DNA of 63,749 bases, filler included, from Intoshia linei (GCA_001642005.1; 8 parts of 8 records of this genome joined end to end with filler, not necessarily neighbours in it), one strand, 5' to 3'. Positions 38,601-52,002 are shown, counted from the whole stretch's first letter. Notes: generated from the letters alone by a model not told the origin. Program-made: numbers and translations.

Positions 38601-39752
38601 ATGAGCACAAATATTATACCCATTGGATATTCTGTAGCTGGAAACATAATAGGCATTACACTTTTTTTCCTTTTAACCTAAATCTAGGCATTGGTGGACT
38701 TGAAAATTGCATGATAAAAAGTGGGACTGTTAGTTCTACATTAATGTGCCCTTCGTTCACGGGGAGTCTATTCCAAGAATATTCTGTTCCGCTAATGAGT
38801 GTTGTAGTTAGTCCAAAAAAACCGAGTAATTTTATATTATAATTAGCTTATGATAGCTTATAGATGATATGGATGTATTGCGACAAGGCTTAGCTATTTT
38901 AAACAAATCAGATTCGGCTATTGAAACAAAAATTTGTAAAAATGGTGAATATTTGATATCTGCGTGCGGTGAGGTTCATCTCAATAAATGTATAGACGAT
39001 TTAAGAAATTTGTAACAAGTTTTGTTTTTTTTCCTCAAATTATTATTTTAGTTTTGTCTCAATTGAAATTGTAATATCTGAGCCTGTTGTACCATTCCGC
39101 GAAACTATATCATTCCAAAACTATACAAATGCCAAGCACACTCATCAAATATGCGAATTTAACTTTGAATTAGGATTATTTGTTTTTGAACTTTTTGCTT
39201 TTCCAATTTCTGATGCCGCCACTCAAATTCTCAATGAAAATGCGTTAGATTTTTCTTGTATTCATGAAATGGAAAATGACAAGTTGATAACAAATTTGAT
39301 TTCTGAAATTGGTCCATGGTTCATGGACAATATGGCGCTTTTGTCTATTGGAAATAAAAAAACTGAATCAAATTTATTGTTTATCAATGCGGATATTTCA
39401 GATATTGAGACCGAGGATAAATTTGATTTATTGCTTGTCGAAAATAAATCAAAAATACCCTTTTTCTCACAACTCCATTCTGCATTTCAAATGGCTTGTG
39501 AAAAAGGACCTCTGTGCGAAGAACCACTATCTGGTGTAGCATTTTTTATATCAGATTTAAAAATTTGTTTTAATTCAGCTTAACGTTTTTATATCATATT
39601 TTTAGTTCAAAGAAATCATATTAAACCTTTGATGTTTGGAGAAATTATTCCCAAAATGAAGGATACCTTTTTGTCATGTCTTTGTGTTTCATATCAAAGA
39701 TTGGTTATTGCTACATGCAAGTGTTTTGTCGAAGTAGAAACTAATTATCTAG
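35607..39752 (+). CDS. EFL1: Elongation factor-like GTPase 1 (EFL1/Ria1); 3' end not visible
   Basis: IRNISILAHVDHG|KTT, RYLDSRQDEQRRGITMK, NLLDSPGHVDFSSEV, NKID, LGPKY, GNIIGIGGL, GEVHLNKCIDDL, GPLCEEPL. These motifs fit EFL1 rather than eEF2. Confidence 0.92.
36728..37225. repeat. ~120-150-nt tandem repeat (~4 units) in an EFL1 intron
   Basis: Recurrent TAGGGCTTAAGAAAGTTTTTTTACCCAATTTTTAAA...AAGATATTTTTTGGC...GTATGGTTTTTAAGGGAA. Confidence 0.75.
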
Positions 39753-39787
39753 GTAAAATTTACAATTTCATAAACAAACATATAAAT

Positions 39788-40093
39788 CAGGGGTCGGCAA
39801 CCTTTTGCGTCTCGTGGGCAACTTTTTTATATCTAAAAATTCTACGGGTCATGTTTTTAAAAATTTAAGCATTATGCATTTCAATTTTAACTGAAGAGAA
39901 ACGGTTCTAGTATATTCAACAAAATAATATCCAGGTGATCTGAAAATTCAGAATCAAAATGATTATAATAAGCCAATTATAGTAGAAAATATTTAAAACG
40001 GTGTTTAAAAGTTAAAAATAAATAATTTACATATACATGTATAGTCAAAGAGCCACCAAATTTATTCTGTGGGCCATTGGCTGCCGACCCCTG
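39788..40093. mobile_element. hAT-family MITE (related fragments at ~21406 and ~27360-27562)
   Basis: TIR CAGGGGTCGGCA / TGCCGACCCCTG with a perfect 8-bp TSD ATATAAAT. Confidence 0.85.
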
Positions 40094-40176
40094 ATATAAA
40101 TAAATGATTTGTTTTAATTAATTTCTTTATGAAAATTTAAAATCATGAACTACTTAGATCAGAAGTTAGTGTGGGT

Positions 40177-40412
40177 AGAGCCGAACCTACCAAGCTCGAG
40201 GCCGTTTATAATGAAATTTTTTTTTTTACAAACGATTATTAGTGTCATATAGCCTTTAACCACATATCCAAAGCTCTTGACTTGAAATTTTGAATTTAGG
40301 ACACTAAATAGTTGATATTCAAGAATATATTTTTTTACTTAATTTGGAAAAATAAGGATCCATTTTATTGAGGCCCCCGCAGAGGGTATCGTGTGTGGTA
40401 GGTTCTAGCTGT
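40177..40412. mobile_element. Inverted-repeat MITE; second copy ~58217-58880
   Basis: AGAGCCGAACCTACC...GGTAGGTTCTAGCT ends; internal similarity to 58217-58880. Confidence 0.55.
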
Positions 40413-41109
40413 GCCTTATGATAAAACTATTTTTTAAATTTTCTGGGGATTAGGGATTGAACCTAGTCGATGCCAGTAGTTATTGGTCTACTATACTTTT
40501 TTAGTAAGGTTCCAATTAGGCATTGGAACCAACATTATAATGAAATTACTTTTAATGTATTTACTTCATTTATGATTATTATTATTAATTTATCAATATT
40601 TCCAGTTTAATTAGTGCTACATTATTTAATTCATACTCAATTCGTTTTATTTTTTCTTATTAATAGGCCAAGTTTTTCCTAGACTAAAAATCAAAAAAAA
40701 TTTACCTACAAAATAAAATTAACTGACTATTGACCAATACATTTTTTTCTGTCATCATCAGAAGATGTCTAATTATTAGGGCAATTTATTGATGACCAAA
40801 AATTCAAAAAAAATATAACATTTTCCAAAAATAATATAACTTTTTATGACAAATTAATTTATTATAGTACAGCGGATCCCAAATGAAGATACTGAAACCC
40901 CTAGGGACCCCAGAAAATATTTTAGAGTGCTAGCTCGTCTGATACTATGACTCATAAATTATATATATTTTTTTAAATCCCAAAANNNNNNNNNNNNNNN
41001 NNNNNNNNNNNNNNNNNNNNNNNNNNNNNTTAATTAATTAANNNNNNNNNNNNNNNNNNNNNNNNNNNNNNNNNNNNNNNNNNNNTTTTCTTGTGAATGT
41101 TACTTTTCT

Positions 41110-42130
41110 TTTTAGCATTTTCAAATTAAGTTAAATTAAAAATTAAATTAGTATCAAAACTTTTATAAATTCGTTGCCGTAGATGTTCAAAATGTTTGGA
41201 AAATGAAAATTTGAAATTTAAAAATTGCGTAGCAATGAACAAAATTCCGAAGGAATGAATTATATAGATTTTCACTCATATGCCTTGACTGGAAATGTGT
41301 AGACGTACAATCCACATTTTTTTTTAAAATTGTAGGATCAATATTTACATTTTCAATTTTTGATTTTAATCGAAATATTTGAAAAATATTGGTTGATAAT
41401 ATATTAAAAATTATTTTTCACCGAAAATGCGTAGATTTCTGGGATTGAAATTTTGTATTTATATTAACTGGAATAAGCTCTATCAGAAAAATATTTTTTT
41501 TAATTTTCGGACCGTTAATTATTTCAGATTTTTTGTTTTAATAAAATATTTCGGAAAAAAAATATATGAATACTAAAATGCTTTTTTGACCGTGAAGTCG
41601 TCACTTATCCGTATGAAATTTTTTATGTGTTTTTAACATGATACAACTTTACCACTTGTAAATTTTTTGAAATTTTAGGGCTGTTTTCAAAAAAAAAGAA
41701 AGAGAATTTGTGGTTTTGGCCATGAAGGTATAATTTTTTTAAATTTAAATTTATGATAATGTTTATGATTTTAAAATCCGTATCAGCGTATATATTTTTT
41801 TAAATTCTCGAACTCGTTTGATTTTCAAAAAAAAGACAATTGGGATATATATTTTTTTAAATTCTCCAACTCGTTTGATTTTCAAAAAGAGGGACAATTT
41901 TTTAAATTCTCCAACTCGTTTGATTTTCAAAAGGAGGGACAACAGGGGTTTTTAACCCTTAAGATGTGAAATTGGGAGGTTGAAATTTATCTTATTATAC
42001 GTCCTGGAAAAAACTGTAATTGAAATGTTATCTTTAAAAAATTTTAAAAATGCTAGTTATTTTAAAAAAGTAAGACACACAGACAGACAGACAAACAAAA
42101 CTCGCGTCGCATTTTATCTATAATTATAGA
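41110..42130 (-). mobile_element. Helitron family copy, reverse orientation
   Basis: Reverse complement of ~17800-18600, with a local triplication of TTCTCCAACTCGTTTGATTTTCAAAA. Confidence 0.75.
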
Positions 42131-44202
42131 TTATAATTGATTATAAACTGAAAATAATACAATTTACAATTTCAGTTATAAACATGGCAGAATATTAGTA
42201 TACGAGGTATTCTACATTATTATTTTTAAACTAAAATTTTGTTTTACATATTTCTGACACTTCACGTCTCTGAGGACCTCTATTGTAAACCTCTCAAATT
42301 TATTTAAATTAACATTCTAATTGTGATCCAAATTATGTTCAGTAAATCTTACACCTAAAAATAAGCATTAATTAACATAATTTATATGATAATAATAAAA
42401 TATAATTAATAATTAAAATAAAAAATTGATTAGTTAACTTAAATTAATTTCAATTAGCGCAAAATATCTTTATTATAAATATCATAGTTGGTAAATTATT
42501 TTTGAATTGTTATTTCTTACAATCACATTTAATTTATTATTAATTAAAATATATTTATCTTAAAATAATGACGAGTTTTTACTTTGTTATACATGTATGT
42601 AGTTGGTATATTATGATAATTCAAATTGATGAATATAATTATAATATATTTAGTCTTTGGTATAAATTATTGAAGAACAAAAATATAATAAAATAGAACA
42701 ATACAAAAACTGAAATTAAATTAGAAATAATAACACTGTCATTTATAAATTTAGTTACATGTAAAAAAATTATAAATAATACCCAAAAGACAGTAATTTG
42801 ACAGTTTATAATTATATTATTTTGCAGGCATCAGTAATATAACCCTTTTAATTTTTGTAAATTATTCTAATTTTCGATCAAAAATGTAATTGTTACGTTT
42901 CAATTTTAGTTTGTAATAAAATTGTAAAAATTTTGTAATAACTTAACATTTAATTATAGCATCAAGTAAGAATACATAATAGTTAATATATTTTATATAT
43001 ATAGTATTATATTTTCAGTAGATTTTAATGTAATTATTATACATGTAGTTATAGGTAATACAATACAATGTACATTGTACAATATAGGTCAGTACAAATA
43101 ATTGATACTATAAATCCATAATGATGTAAAAAAAGTATTACGAGATAAATCTTATTGATTTTTTTAGAGACGACGAAATACCGACTAATATAAAGTGATT
43201 AAAAAAATACGTACTATCACTTTTCGTGTATTTGGAATAAATTTTAAGCCGAAAAATTTTGTTCTTCATCATAGATAAGTAGATTTGGCTTTATATTTAA
43301 TCTCCATTTAAAATTGATAGTACGTATTTTGTCTGGCCACTTTAACTAAGACAATGTTAGTTTATAAAAGGAAACCTACATTTGTGATATATGAAACTAG
43401 GAAAAAGTCAAAATTATTTTGTCGAACCCCATTTTTTTAAGTTAACAAATACATATTATTATAATTTATAATGCAGTTTTATAGTTAAAAATAATATTTT
43501 TGTAATTTTTTAAAATCTAAATATATAATTATTTAGTAGATCAAGTAGAGGATACATTTCGTAATTGATTAAAATCATAGTTAATCAATAATATTTAATA
43601 CAGCAAATATTTAAAAAACTATTATAGCTAGTAATTTTTACAAATAATTTAATTTACACAGTTAAAAACACAGTCCAACAAAATAACAACTTTTTTTGAA
43701 TGCAAGAGTAACATTTAGTGCACCTAGAAGAGATTTTTATTCTGAACTAGACGGTATAATCAGTTTTTCTGTATCACGTCCAGATGTTTTTTAAAATACG
43801 CCTAAAGTTCGAAAAAGGGCATATTTGAAGATCAATAAAAATGTTAAATAAAGTAGATATATATATTATTATATATGATTGGAAAGGGAAAATCATTGCG
43901 TTACAACTTACGAAATTATTAACAGAATTGAATACTATTGAACAAAATGAAGCGGAATATATGAAAAATTTAATTATAATATACACTAAGCAAATAAATG
44001 TTAGCTCATTCTACATGTATAATCTAAATGTACAGAGTTTCTCAAGAATATAAATTTTATTTTTAATTCAAAAATACCTCAGAAAGGCTGTAATTACTAA
44101 TTATACAACAAATCTGAGTAATCTGGTCATTAATAATAATGAATTCCATCATATGTTGCGTAATAAAGATTTTACTTGACTTTATTGCATGTAAATATTT
44201 TG

Positions 44203-45011
44203 TCCTAACTTATATAATATGCTACGCTATTTTTGTTTGTGTGTTTCTCTCTGTATGTTCCACTTTATTGAAATAACTACCAGTCTTAGAATTTTATAAA
44301 GTCCACATTTCAATTACAGTTTTTTCCGGTACGTATATTAAGATAAATTCCAACCTCCTAATTTCACATCTTACGGGTCAAAAACCCCAGTTGTCCCTCT
44401 TTTTGAAAATCAAACGAGTTGGAGAATTTAAAAAGTATATACGCTGATACGGAGTTTGAAATCATAAACATTACCATATATTTAAATTTAAAAAAATATA
44501 CAGGTGGTACAGTTGTATACTGCTAACACACACAAAAAATTTCAATCCGAATAAGTGACGACTTCACAGTCAAAAAANNNNNNNNNNNNNNNNNNNNNNN
44601 NNNNNNNNNNNNNNNNNNNNNTTAATTAATTAANNNNNNNNNNNNNNNNNNNNNNNNNNNNNNNNNNNNNNNNNNNNTTCCCGAATATATTGTGAAAGAT
44701 TAATTTAATTTGTGCTTCTTAAAAATGACTTCTGGAATTTATGACAATTTTTAGGATTGGACTGTTTTTATTTTATTTTTAAATGTTAAACAAAAAATTA
44801 AGATGGAATAATTCACTTTAAAGTAAAAAGTAATGATATGATGGTTCCACCTGACACAAATTGGGGAACTACTCCTTTATAGGATTGATAATAGTGAATA
44901 GTAGGATTTTAAATTAGATTTTTAACGTTAATTTATTTTTTAAGTATAATAAAAATGTGCCCTCGGCAGAGCTAGGTCCTGTTTGTACGTAGTACATAAC
45001 AGTCAAGCTAG
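44203..45011 (+). mobile_element. Helitron family copy spanning an assembly gap
   Basis: TCCTAACTTATATAATATGCTACGC start; GCCCTCGGCAGAGCTAGG...GCTAG|T end. Confidence 0.7.
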
Positions 45012-45989
45012 TTATAACTTTAAAGTATAATGTACTTTAAATTATTAATTCGAACTCTTTATTTAATATAAATCTATGACCTCTATTAGATAAAGTTTCA
45101 AATCTTCCACTTTTTATTTTCACTTTCATTAATTCGTTCATTATTATTTTTAGATTCTATAATATTTTTTATTCTTATTATATGTTCAGAGTACGTTTCC
45201 AATGCATTTCTATATTCAAGGTTCTACTTGATCAAATTAGCAAGAAATATACAAATATGTGAACATTACCACGGAATGGGTGGGCCCACATTATTGTGTG
45301 ACTTTTAAAAATTTTAAATTAAATTTTGATTCATAATTACTTTGGCCACGATTATTGCAAATATTTTAATACTATTAACTTGATAGTATCAATGGTAAGA
45401 TTTAAATGGTTAAACTAAAAAATTAACATATGACAACTATGAAACACTTAGATCATCAAATACGGAGAAAATCAGCGCTTTGATATACATATAAGATAAA
45501 TTTGAACCTGCCAAACTTACATCTTACGGGCCAAAACGCCAAATTACTCTATTTTAATGAAAACAGCCCTATAATTTCAAAAAGTTTCAATTCGAATAAG
45601 TGACGACTTCACGGTCAAAAAAGTATTTTAGTATTCATATATTTTTTCGAAATATATTATTAAAACAAAAAATGTGAACTAAACAACGGTCCCAAAAATT
45701 AAAAAAGAGATTATGCTGATGGAGCTAAACTTACTACATTTCATGTATATTAATGTATTATTTTAATAGTTATTGGAACATGTCATATTTGTATTTTATA
45801 TATTAAATTAAATATGAAACAATATTAATTATTTTATANTTTTATATATTAAATTAAATATGAAACAATATTAATTATTTTATAATTATAATAATTATTA
45901 TATTAATACATTTACATTATTATTGTATTTATAATTAAAATGGTTTGAATAAAGAATAGTAAACAAATAGCAAATAAAGATTTTTCTAA

Positions 45990-46944
45990 AAATAATGATA
46001 ATGTTCAACCAAGCATTATTGCTTTTCCTACAACATGGCTTGTAGAAACTGTGTGTACCCATTAATCCAGTGATTATATTCGCCAATTTCAAGTCGGTTG
46101 ATATTGTATAAGGCAACTCTAATTTTTCTATTTCTAGTTTTTGCCAAATACTAAGCACATTTTCAAAGTTTTCTGGAATGGCTGGAACCATTCCTAAAAC
46201 GAAAAGTTTATTGACACTACTATCTTTTTTTTGTTTTGATGTAATGCCATCACTATAACTTTGTCTCACATTTGCTACTTCCATATCATTGATATTGATC
46301 AAATTCAAACAAATCTACATGATATAATAATTTTGATAAATTCAAAATTGAATGTAAAAAAAACCTCCACCTCCATCTATTCCAATTTTCAAATTTGTAT
46401 ATTTTTTACCACGCATTTTTTCAAGTCTCTATACAAGCTGATTAATATCATTACAAATTATAAAAAGTTTTAATTTGGTATTGTTTTCTGCCATTTCTAG
46501 AAAGTGTTCTTTCATTGTGTATTCTTCATTAGAAAGAGTAAATAAGTCATTTAACCTGTGATTTATTTTTGCAATTTTGTTTTAAGATGAGTTTCAATAA
46601 TATTTCTATCACCAGTTGCTACTCTGATATAACCCGCTAATTTCAAAATCTGTGTTACTCAAACTTAAATCTGTTTGAATCGAAGACATATTTTCTTTTG
46701 AAAACACAACAGTTCTTACAGCCTTCAGTGAAGTCACCTTTTCAATACATTTGGAAGAACCCGTTTCAGCAAGTTCTTTTATGTTTGTTACACGCATCGA
46801 TTTTGTGCAGGAATGCGATTTTCCTCTAGCTAATATACATAAACAAAAACTACATACAATCATTGGCATAGGTGTATTGGAGAATTTTATAAATAAACTT
46901 GACAATTCTGAAGATTCTTCAATGTCAGGTAACTTTTTTGGTCT
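45990..46944 (-). mobile_element. Chapaev/CMC-like transposase pseudogene
   Basis: Frameshifted pieces VCSFCLCILARGKSHSC and KKDSSVNKLFVLGMVPAIPENFENV...DLKLANIITGLMGTHSFYKPC resemble the DLKxxNIxxGL...PC core of Chapaev-type transposases. Confidence 0.6.
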
Positions 46945-47759
46945 NNNNNNNNNNNNNNNNNNNNNNNNNNNNNNNNNNNNNNNNNNNNTTAATTAATTAA
47001 NNNNNNNNNNNNNNNNNNNNNNNNNNNNNNNNNNNNNNNNNNNNTTTCAATATATTGTTCATTTTGAGAATTTATTTAAATTGAATTAAAATTGTAATTA
47101 AATGTAAATTAAAATAAAATGTAAGTGTAAAAACGATTTAGTAATTTTAATTCAATACGATAATTAATAAATAATTAAATAATCTATGGATACCATATAT
47201 AGTGAACATATGTTTACTACAATTATTATTAATTAATTATAATTAATATTATTTTTATATTGATTTAAGATATCGGTATCTTTTCAGTTTAATAAACTTT
47301 AACATTTTATGAGAATCATTAATAATTCATTATTATTATTTATATTATTATAATGTATACTACTTAGTCAATGAATATTCAGTTACGGTTATTGGAATAG
47401 TAATTACTTTAATTATACTATGCTCTTCAGTAGGAAATTTTATATTATATCTGATAAATTTTAATTATTATACTAATGACATATGACATAATGACATCAC
47501 ATTTAGTATATAATATACATATGTATATCAATTCAAAAACATCCACAACATGGCAATTGTATACAAATTAGGGAATTGAATACTTTTTAATTGTATCTAT
47601 AAAATAACCAAATTCCATGTATTATTAGGTAATTTTATTGTAAGGTAATTTAAACCGATTAATATTTTGTGGTAATTATTTATTAGTGAAGTCATAGGAA
47701 TGTTGAAAAAAATATTGCTTAGACTCTTGTTTATAGTGCATGTCTTATTATTTAGTGCA

Positions 47760-48700
47760 GTGGTATGAATTACACATCTTTGGCCAACATTTTGTTATTG
47801 ATTCTAGAGTATATGCAATTTTCGCACTCGAATCATTTCGATTTTAATTGATAAATAAATTATAATTAATTAACTTCTGATATTTCAATTTCCCCTTTTT
47901 TTGGTTTATTCTAGTTGATATTATCAATATCATTAGTTATCTATTCCATCATCTATAAACATATCCTTTGTTTTCATGTAAAACCGACGAATGAATGAAA
48001 TAGGTTCAATTTTAAAGACACTAATCGATTTTGTAAAGACATAATTAAAATTTCCCTTTCCTTTTTCGTTTTATTATGTATTAGATCCTTCAAAAATTTT
48101 TTATTGTTAGATATATTAAACTCGGTTAAATATGGTTTGATCAATTTTAAAAATCCTTTGTTTTTATTCAATGCAAATGGACCGGCACCATCAACAAAAA
48201 TTGATATAAGAGACTGTAAATTTTCGATTTTAGCCTTGACTGCTCACACATAGGAGGGAACATTTTTTTTTGAAAGATTGATCAAAAGTGACAATACTCA
48301 ATTTCTTTATTTTAAAATATTCCATAAGGTCAAATTGTTCATTATGTAAATTAGATTTTAAATAAACCCTAGCATTGTTGAGGTGTAGTGTTGAGATTTT
48401 AATGTTACAGATATCTAGACAATTTGGAGCTTTCAATTTGATACAACTTACAACCATATAACTTGTATGGATCCAACAGTTACAAATTTGGCTTCCTTAA
48501 AATTTTATCAACCTTATGCCCGTGTTGTATAATTTCTATAAGATTTTATATACGAATTACACTTTTGTCAAAAATGTTGCTTCTCAAAGATATCTACATG
48601 ATGCTAACCTATAATTCTGTCAACCTTTATGTACACATTTATTGAGGGTTCTTTTTATTTTACAGATAGAATATGGAAGACTTGAAACATTAAAATCTGA
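47760..48700 (-). pseudogene. Decayed coding-like sequence of unknown family
   Basis: Consecutive minus-strand ORF pieces (48230-48457, 47974-48171 and flanks) separated by stops and frameshifts; no recognised motif. Confidence 0.3.
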
Positions 48701-50229
48701 TCAAAATCAAAATAATCATTATTTTTTCATAAGCTGAATTTCATTAAGTGATTTATGTTAATTATATTACGTTTATATTATTTTGAACAAAACAAAAATT
48801 TTAGCAATTTTAGTAAATTTTTTGAAATTCTAGGGGTGTTTAATTAAAAAAGAAGGATAATTTGTGGTTTTGGCCCTAAAGATATAATTTTTTTAAATTT
48901 AAATTTATGATAATGCTTATGATTTTAAAATCCGTATCAGCGTATACATTTTTTTAAATTTTCCAACTTGTTTGATTTTCAAAAAAAAAACCAAGGAAGT
49001 ATATTTTAAATTTGGTACCGCATCAAATTTACTATACTGAAATATATTAAAAAAAATTTCAATTTATATGTTTTTATAATTTTATTAAATCGCCCCTGGG
49101 CGATATCACCCACTTCGGGAACCCCTGCTCTAACACAACAAATCTTAAATGTGTCTATAACGGTTTTTTGGGATATATGAAAAATTGTAGTCAAATTATT
49201 TACAAAAGAAACAAATATAAATACAAACTTTAATCTTAATAGTTAAATATTGACAAACGCGATATTTATTTATTTGGCTTATTTCAATTTAAAAATTTAA
49301 AAATTTAAATTTTTCAATATGTTGCAATAATGTTATAAAATAGAAAAAAAATTAGACAAATTAGCCTTCTATAAATAAAAAATATTTAATCCATTACAAA
49401 TCAGATTTGATACGAATCTATCAACGTTAATACTAATTAATAATTTTTTATTGTTAATATCAGTCAATAGCTAAACAATTCTAAATTTTAACAATTATGA
49501 AACGGGATAATGGCAAATTACATTTGGTTAAACTATCAATACATTTTTGAGAAAACTAGTTTTATAATTCATTAAAAAGATAATTCAATTATTATAATTG
49601 CCGTTTAAAACAATCGGATTACAAATTGAAAAATATCTTTCACGGACGTCCAGTAAAAATTTTATGACTAAAATCGGTATCTCAAAGTACATTAACTAAT
49701 ATGTGAAAAAGTAAAAAACATCCTAATCTTTTGTATTTTATGAGTCCCCAATGGGGACTCCCCATTACAAATTATTATTCATAATAAAGTCGATATAGTA
49801 ACGAAAAACGAATAATTTAAAATTACAAGGAACCTGTTGGTTCCTCAAAGATTGTCAGATTCGATACTAAAATCTAGTAAATATTATCTGCCATAAAAAT
49901 AAGAATCGTATGTAAATTGACCTAAACTGGTAATCACCGGGGGACACCGCCATTAATGGGATAAATAATATCTAAATATATAAGATACATAATTAGACCT
50001 CTTGATTTAAGAGTCTATCTATCAATTTAGTAAAGTTTCTATGAAAATAAAATTGAAAATTTTACATCATTTATTTTGTTTATTTTGCCATCTGTAATAA
50101 TTTCTATATACAAACTGCTAGACACAAGACTGAATATAAACTGAATAATTATGTACAGACGAATTACTGAATAAAGTTATCGATAACAACAAAATTCATT
50201 CATTACATGATTAAATTTTACCCCAAAAA

Positions 50230-50658
50230 ATGAATAAGCAAACAACTTTGGATTTTAAATTTGTAAAGATATTGGGAGAAGGTATTCATGCAACGTAAAA
50301 AACTTTAAATAATTTTAGGGTCATTTTCGACAGTAGTATTGGCATTTTCAGTTAAAACTCATATCCCATATGCTATTAAAATTGTAGAAAAATCTCACGT
50401 TATAAAACACAACAAAATAGAGGCGACAATGCGAGAAAAAGACATGTACAGTATGATGAGTTACGAATTGATAGTTAAATTGGTGTGTACATTTCAGGAC
50501 GCCAATAATTTGTATTTTGTGTTAAATTACTGCCATGGAGGAGATTTATACACACTTTTAAATCACCACAAACTTTTTACTGTTGATGTTGCTCAATTCT
50601 ATTTAGCCGAACTTGTCCTTTGTATGGAATATCTACGATCCACTAATATTTTGCACAG
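50230..50658 (+). CDS. PDPK1: 3-phosphoinositide-dependent protein kinase 1, first two exons (rest lost, probably in gap)
   Basis: MNKQTTLDFKFVKILGEG|SFSTVVLA...YAIKIVEKSHVIKHNK...REKD...VKLVCTFQDANNLYFVL...ILHR; 37-nt intron 50282-50318. Confidence 0.85.
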
Positions 50659-52002
50659 GTTAGTTTAATTTATTACTTAGAACCAAAATGTTGCGACTCG
50701 TGAGATTTACCTAAAAAATGAAAGTAACAATTTAAATTTTATTCCAGAGTAAAATCGACAAATATAAAAAGTGGTTTTTACAAAATTGACGGTTAGCGCA
50801 CATTTGGAGTCTAGGTGAATTTAATGGAGTGATTGGTTAAATGTCAACGCCTTGATATTGTAGTAAGGTAATAATGTGTATTGAGGCTACGTACTTGATT
50901 TGACTCTCTTGTTTAAATATTCATTTCATTTTAGAGTATTTGCTGTGAGTCGTTTTTAAATGTAGGGATAAAAATAATTGAAAGGATATTAATCAGTTTT
51001 TATGATTGGATTGTCAAACAAAATCATCGTGGGTATGTTATGTAGTGTCATTTAAAGAACCTGAGGTAAAGGTGACTGACCAAATTAACATAAAATGAGA
51101 CCAGTTAAAAAATGTATTTTTATGTGCTCAATTTACTAAATTTTGGTACATTCTGTATCTTTTTATAATGGTACAATATAGTTTCATATTTTTTTAAATT
51201 AATTCTTTGGATTATAAACAGTGCAATAATGATTAATTTTTAAATTTTTTGATTTTTGTAAAAATTAGTCGTATTTGCAATCATAAAATGTAAATTTATC
51301 TCGAATAGTTAAAACCGTTTAAAAACATTTCATTTCTCGTTCATAATTTTTTACCGGACCCTAGAGATTTGTGGAACCCAGTTTACGAATTGCAAACCGA
51401 AAATATTAAGTGAGTTAGTACATCGTTCTAAAAGTCATTTTGTGGACTTTACCGGTCGATCTTATTTTCAACAATATATATTTTGTCAGTTCTAAAAAAA
51501 ATGAAATTACATTTGTATTAAAACAATTATTACACAATTTTAACCACTTTAGAAGTCGATACAAGATATTAATTTAAAAATAAATTTGATGTAGTTAATT
51601 TATTAGTCATTGTGAATATTTATCTCACTGGTTCCAAATTTTTTCAAATTACCNNNNNNNNNNNNNNNNNNNNNNNNNNNNNNNNNNNNNNNNNNNNTTA
51701 ATTAATTAANNNNNNNNNNNNNNNNNNNNNNNNNNNNNNNNNNNNNNNNNNNNATATATAATAAATTAATAAATTACAACTTACAATAACAACTATTGAT
51801 TTTATAGTTAGTGACATTGTTCACATAGTTTTGTAAATCTAGGGTCGCCCAAATTTATAAAAATGGGTACATGTCAAAAACTGTGATTGCAAAAATCAAA
51901 TTTTACCATGTTGATCAGCGTATTCTACGTATAATTGTTTACCAGTGTAATTGATATATAATACGTAATTTCACTACATTTTAAACATAAAAATAAAATA
52001 AC

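Noticed and set aside
44078-45297. Open exon-like frames at 44078-44204 (-) and 45190-45297 (+)
   Set aside because: Their putative splice sites fall inside TE termini and both strands give similar open frames, so a gene cannot be supported.
45790-45890. Exact ~49-nt tandem duplication around a single N (similarly 57772-57817)
   Set aside because: Typical contig-overlap assembly artefact.
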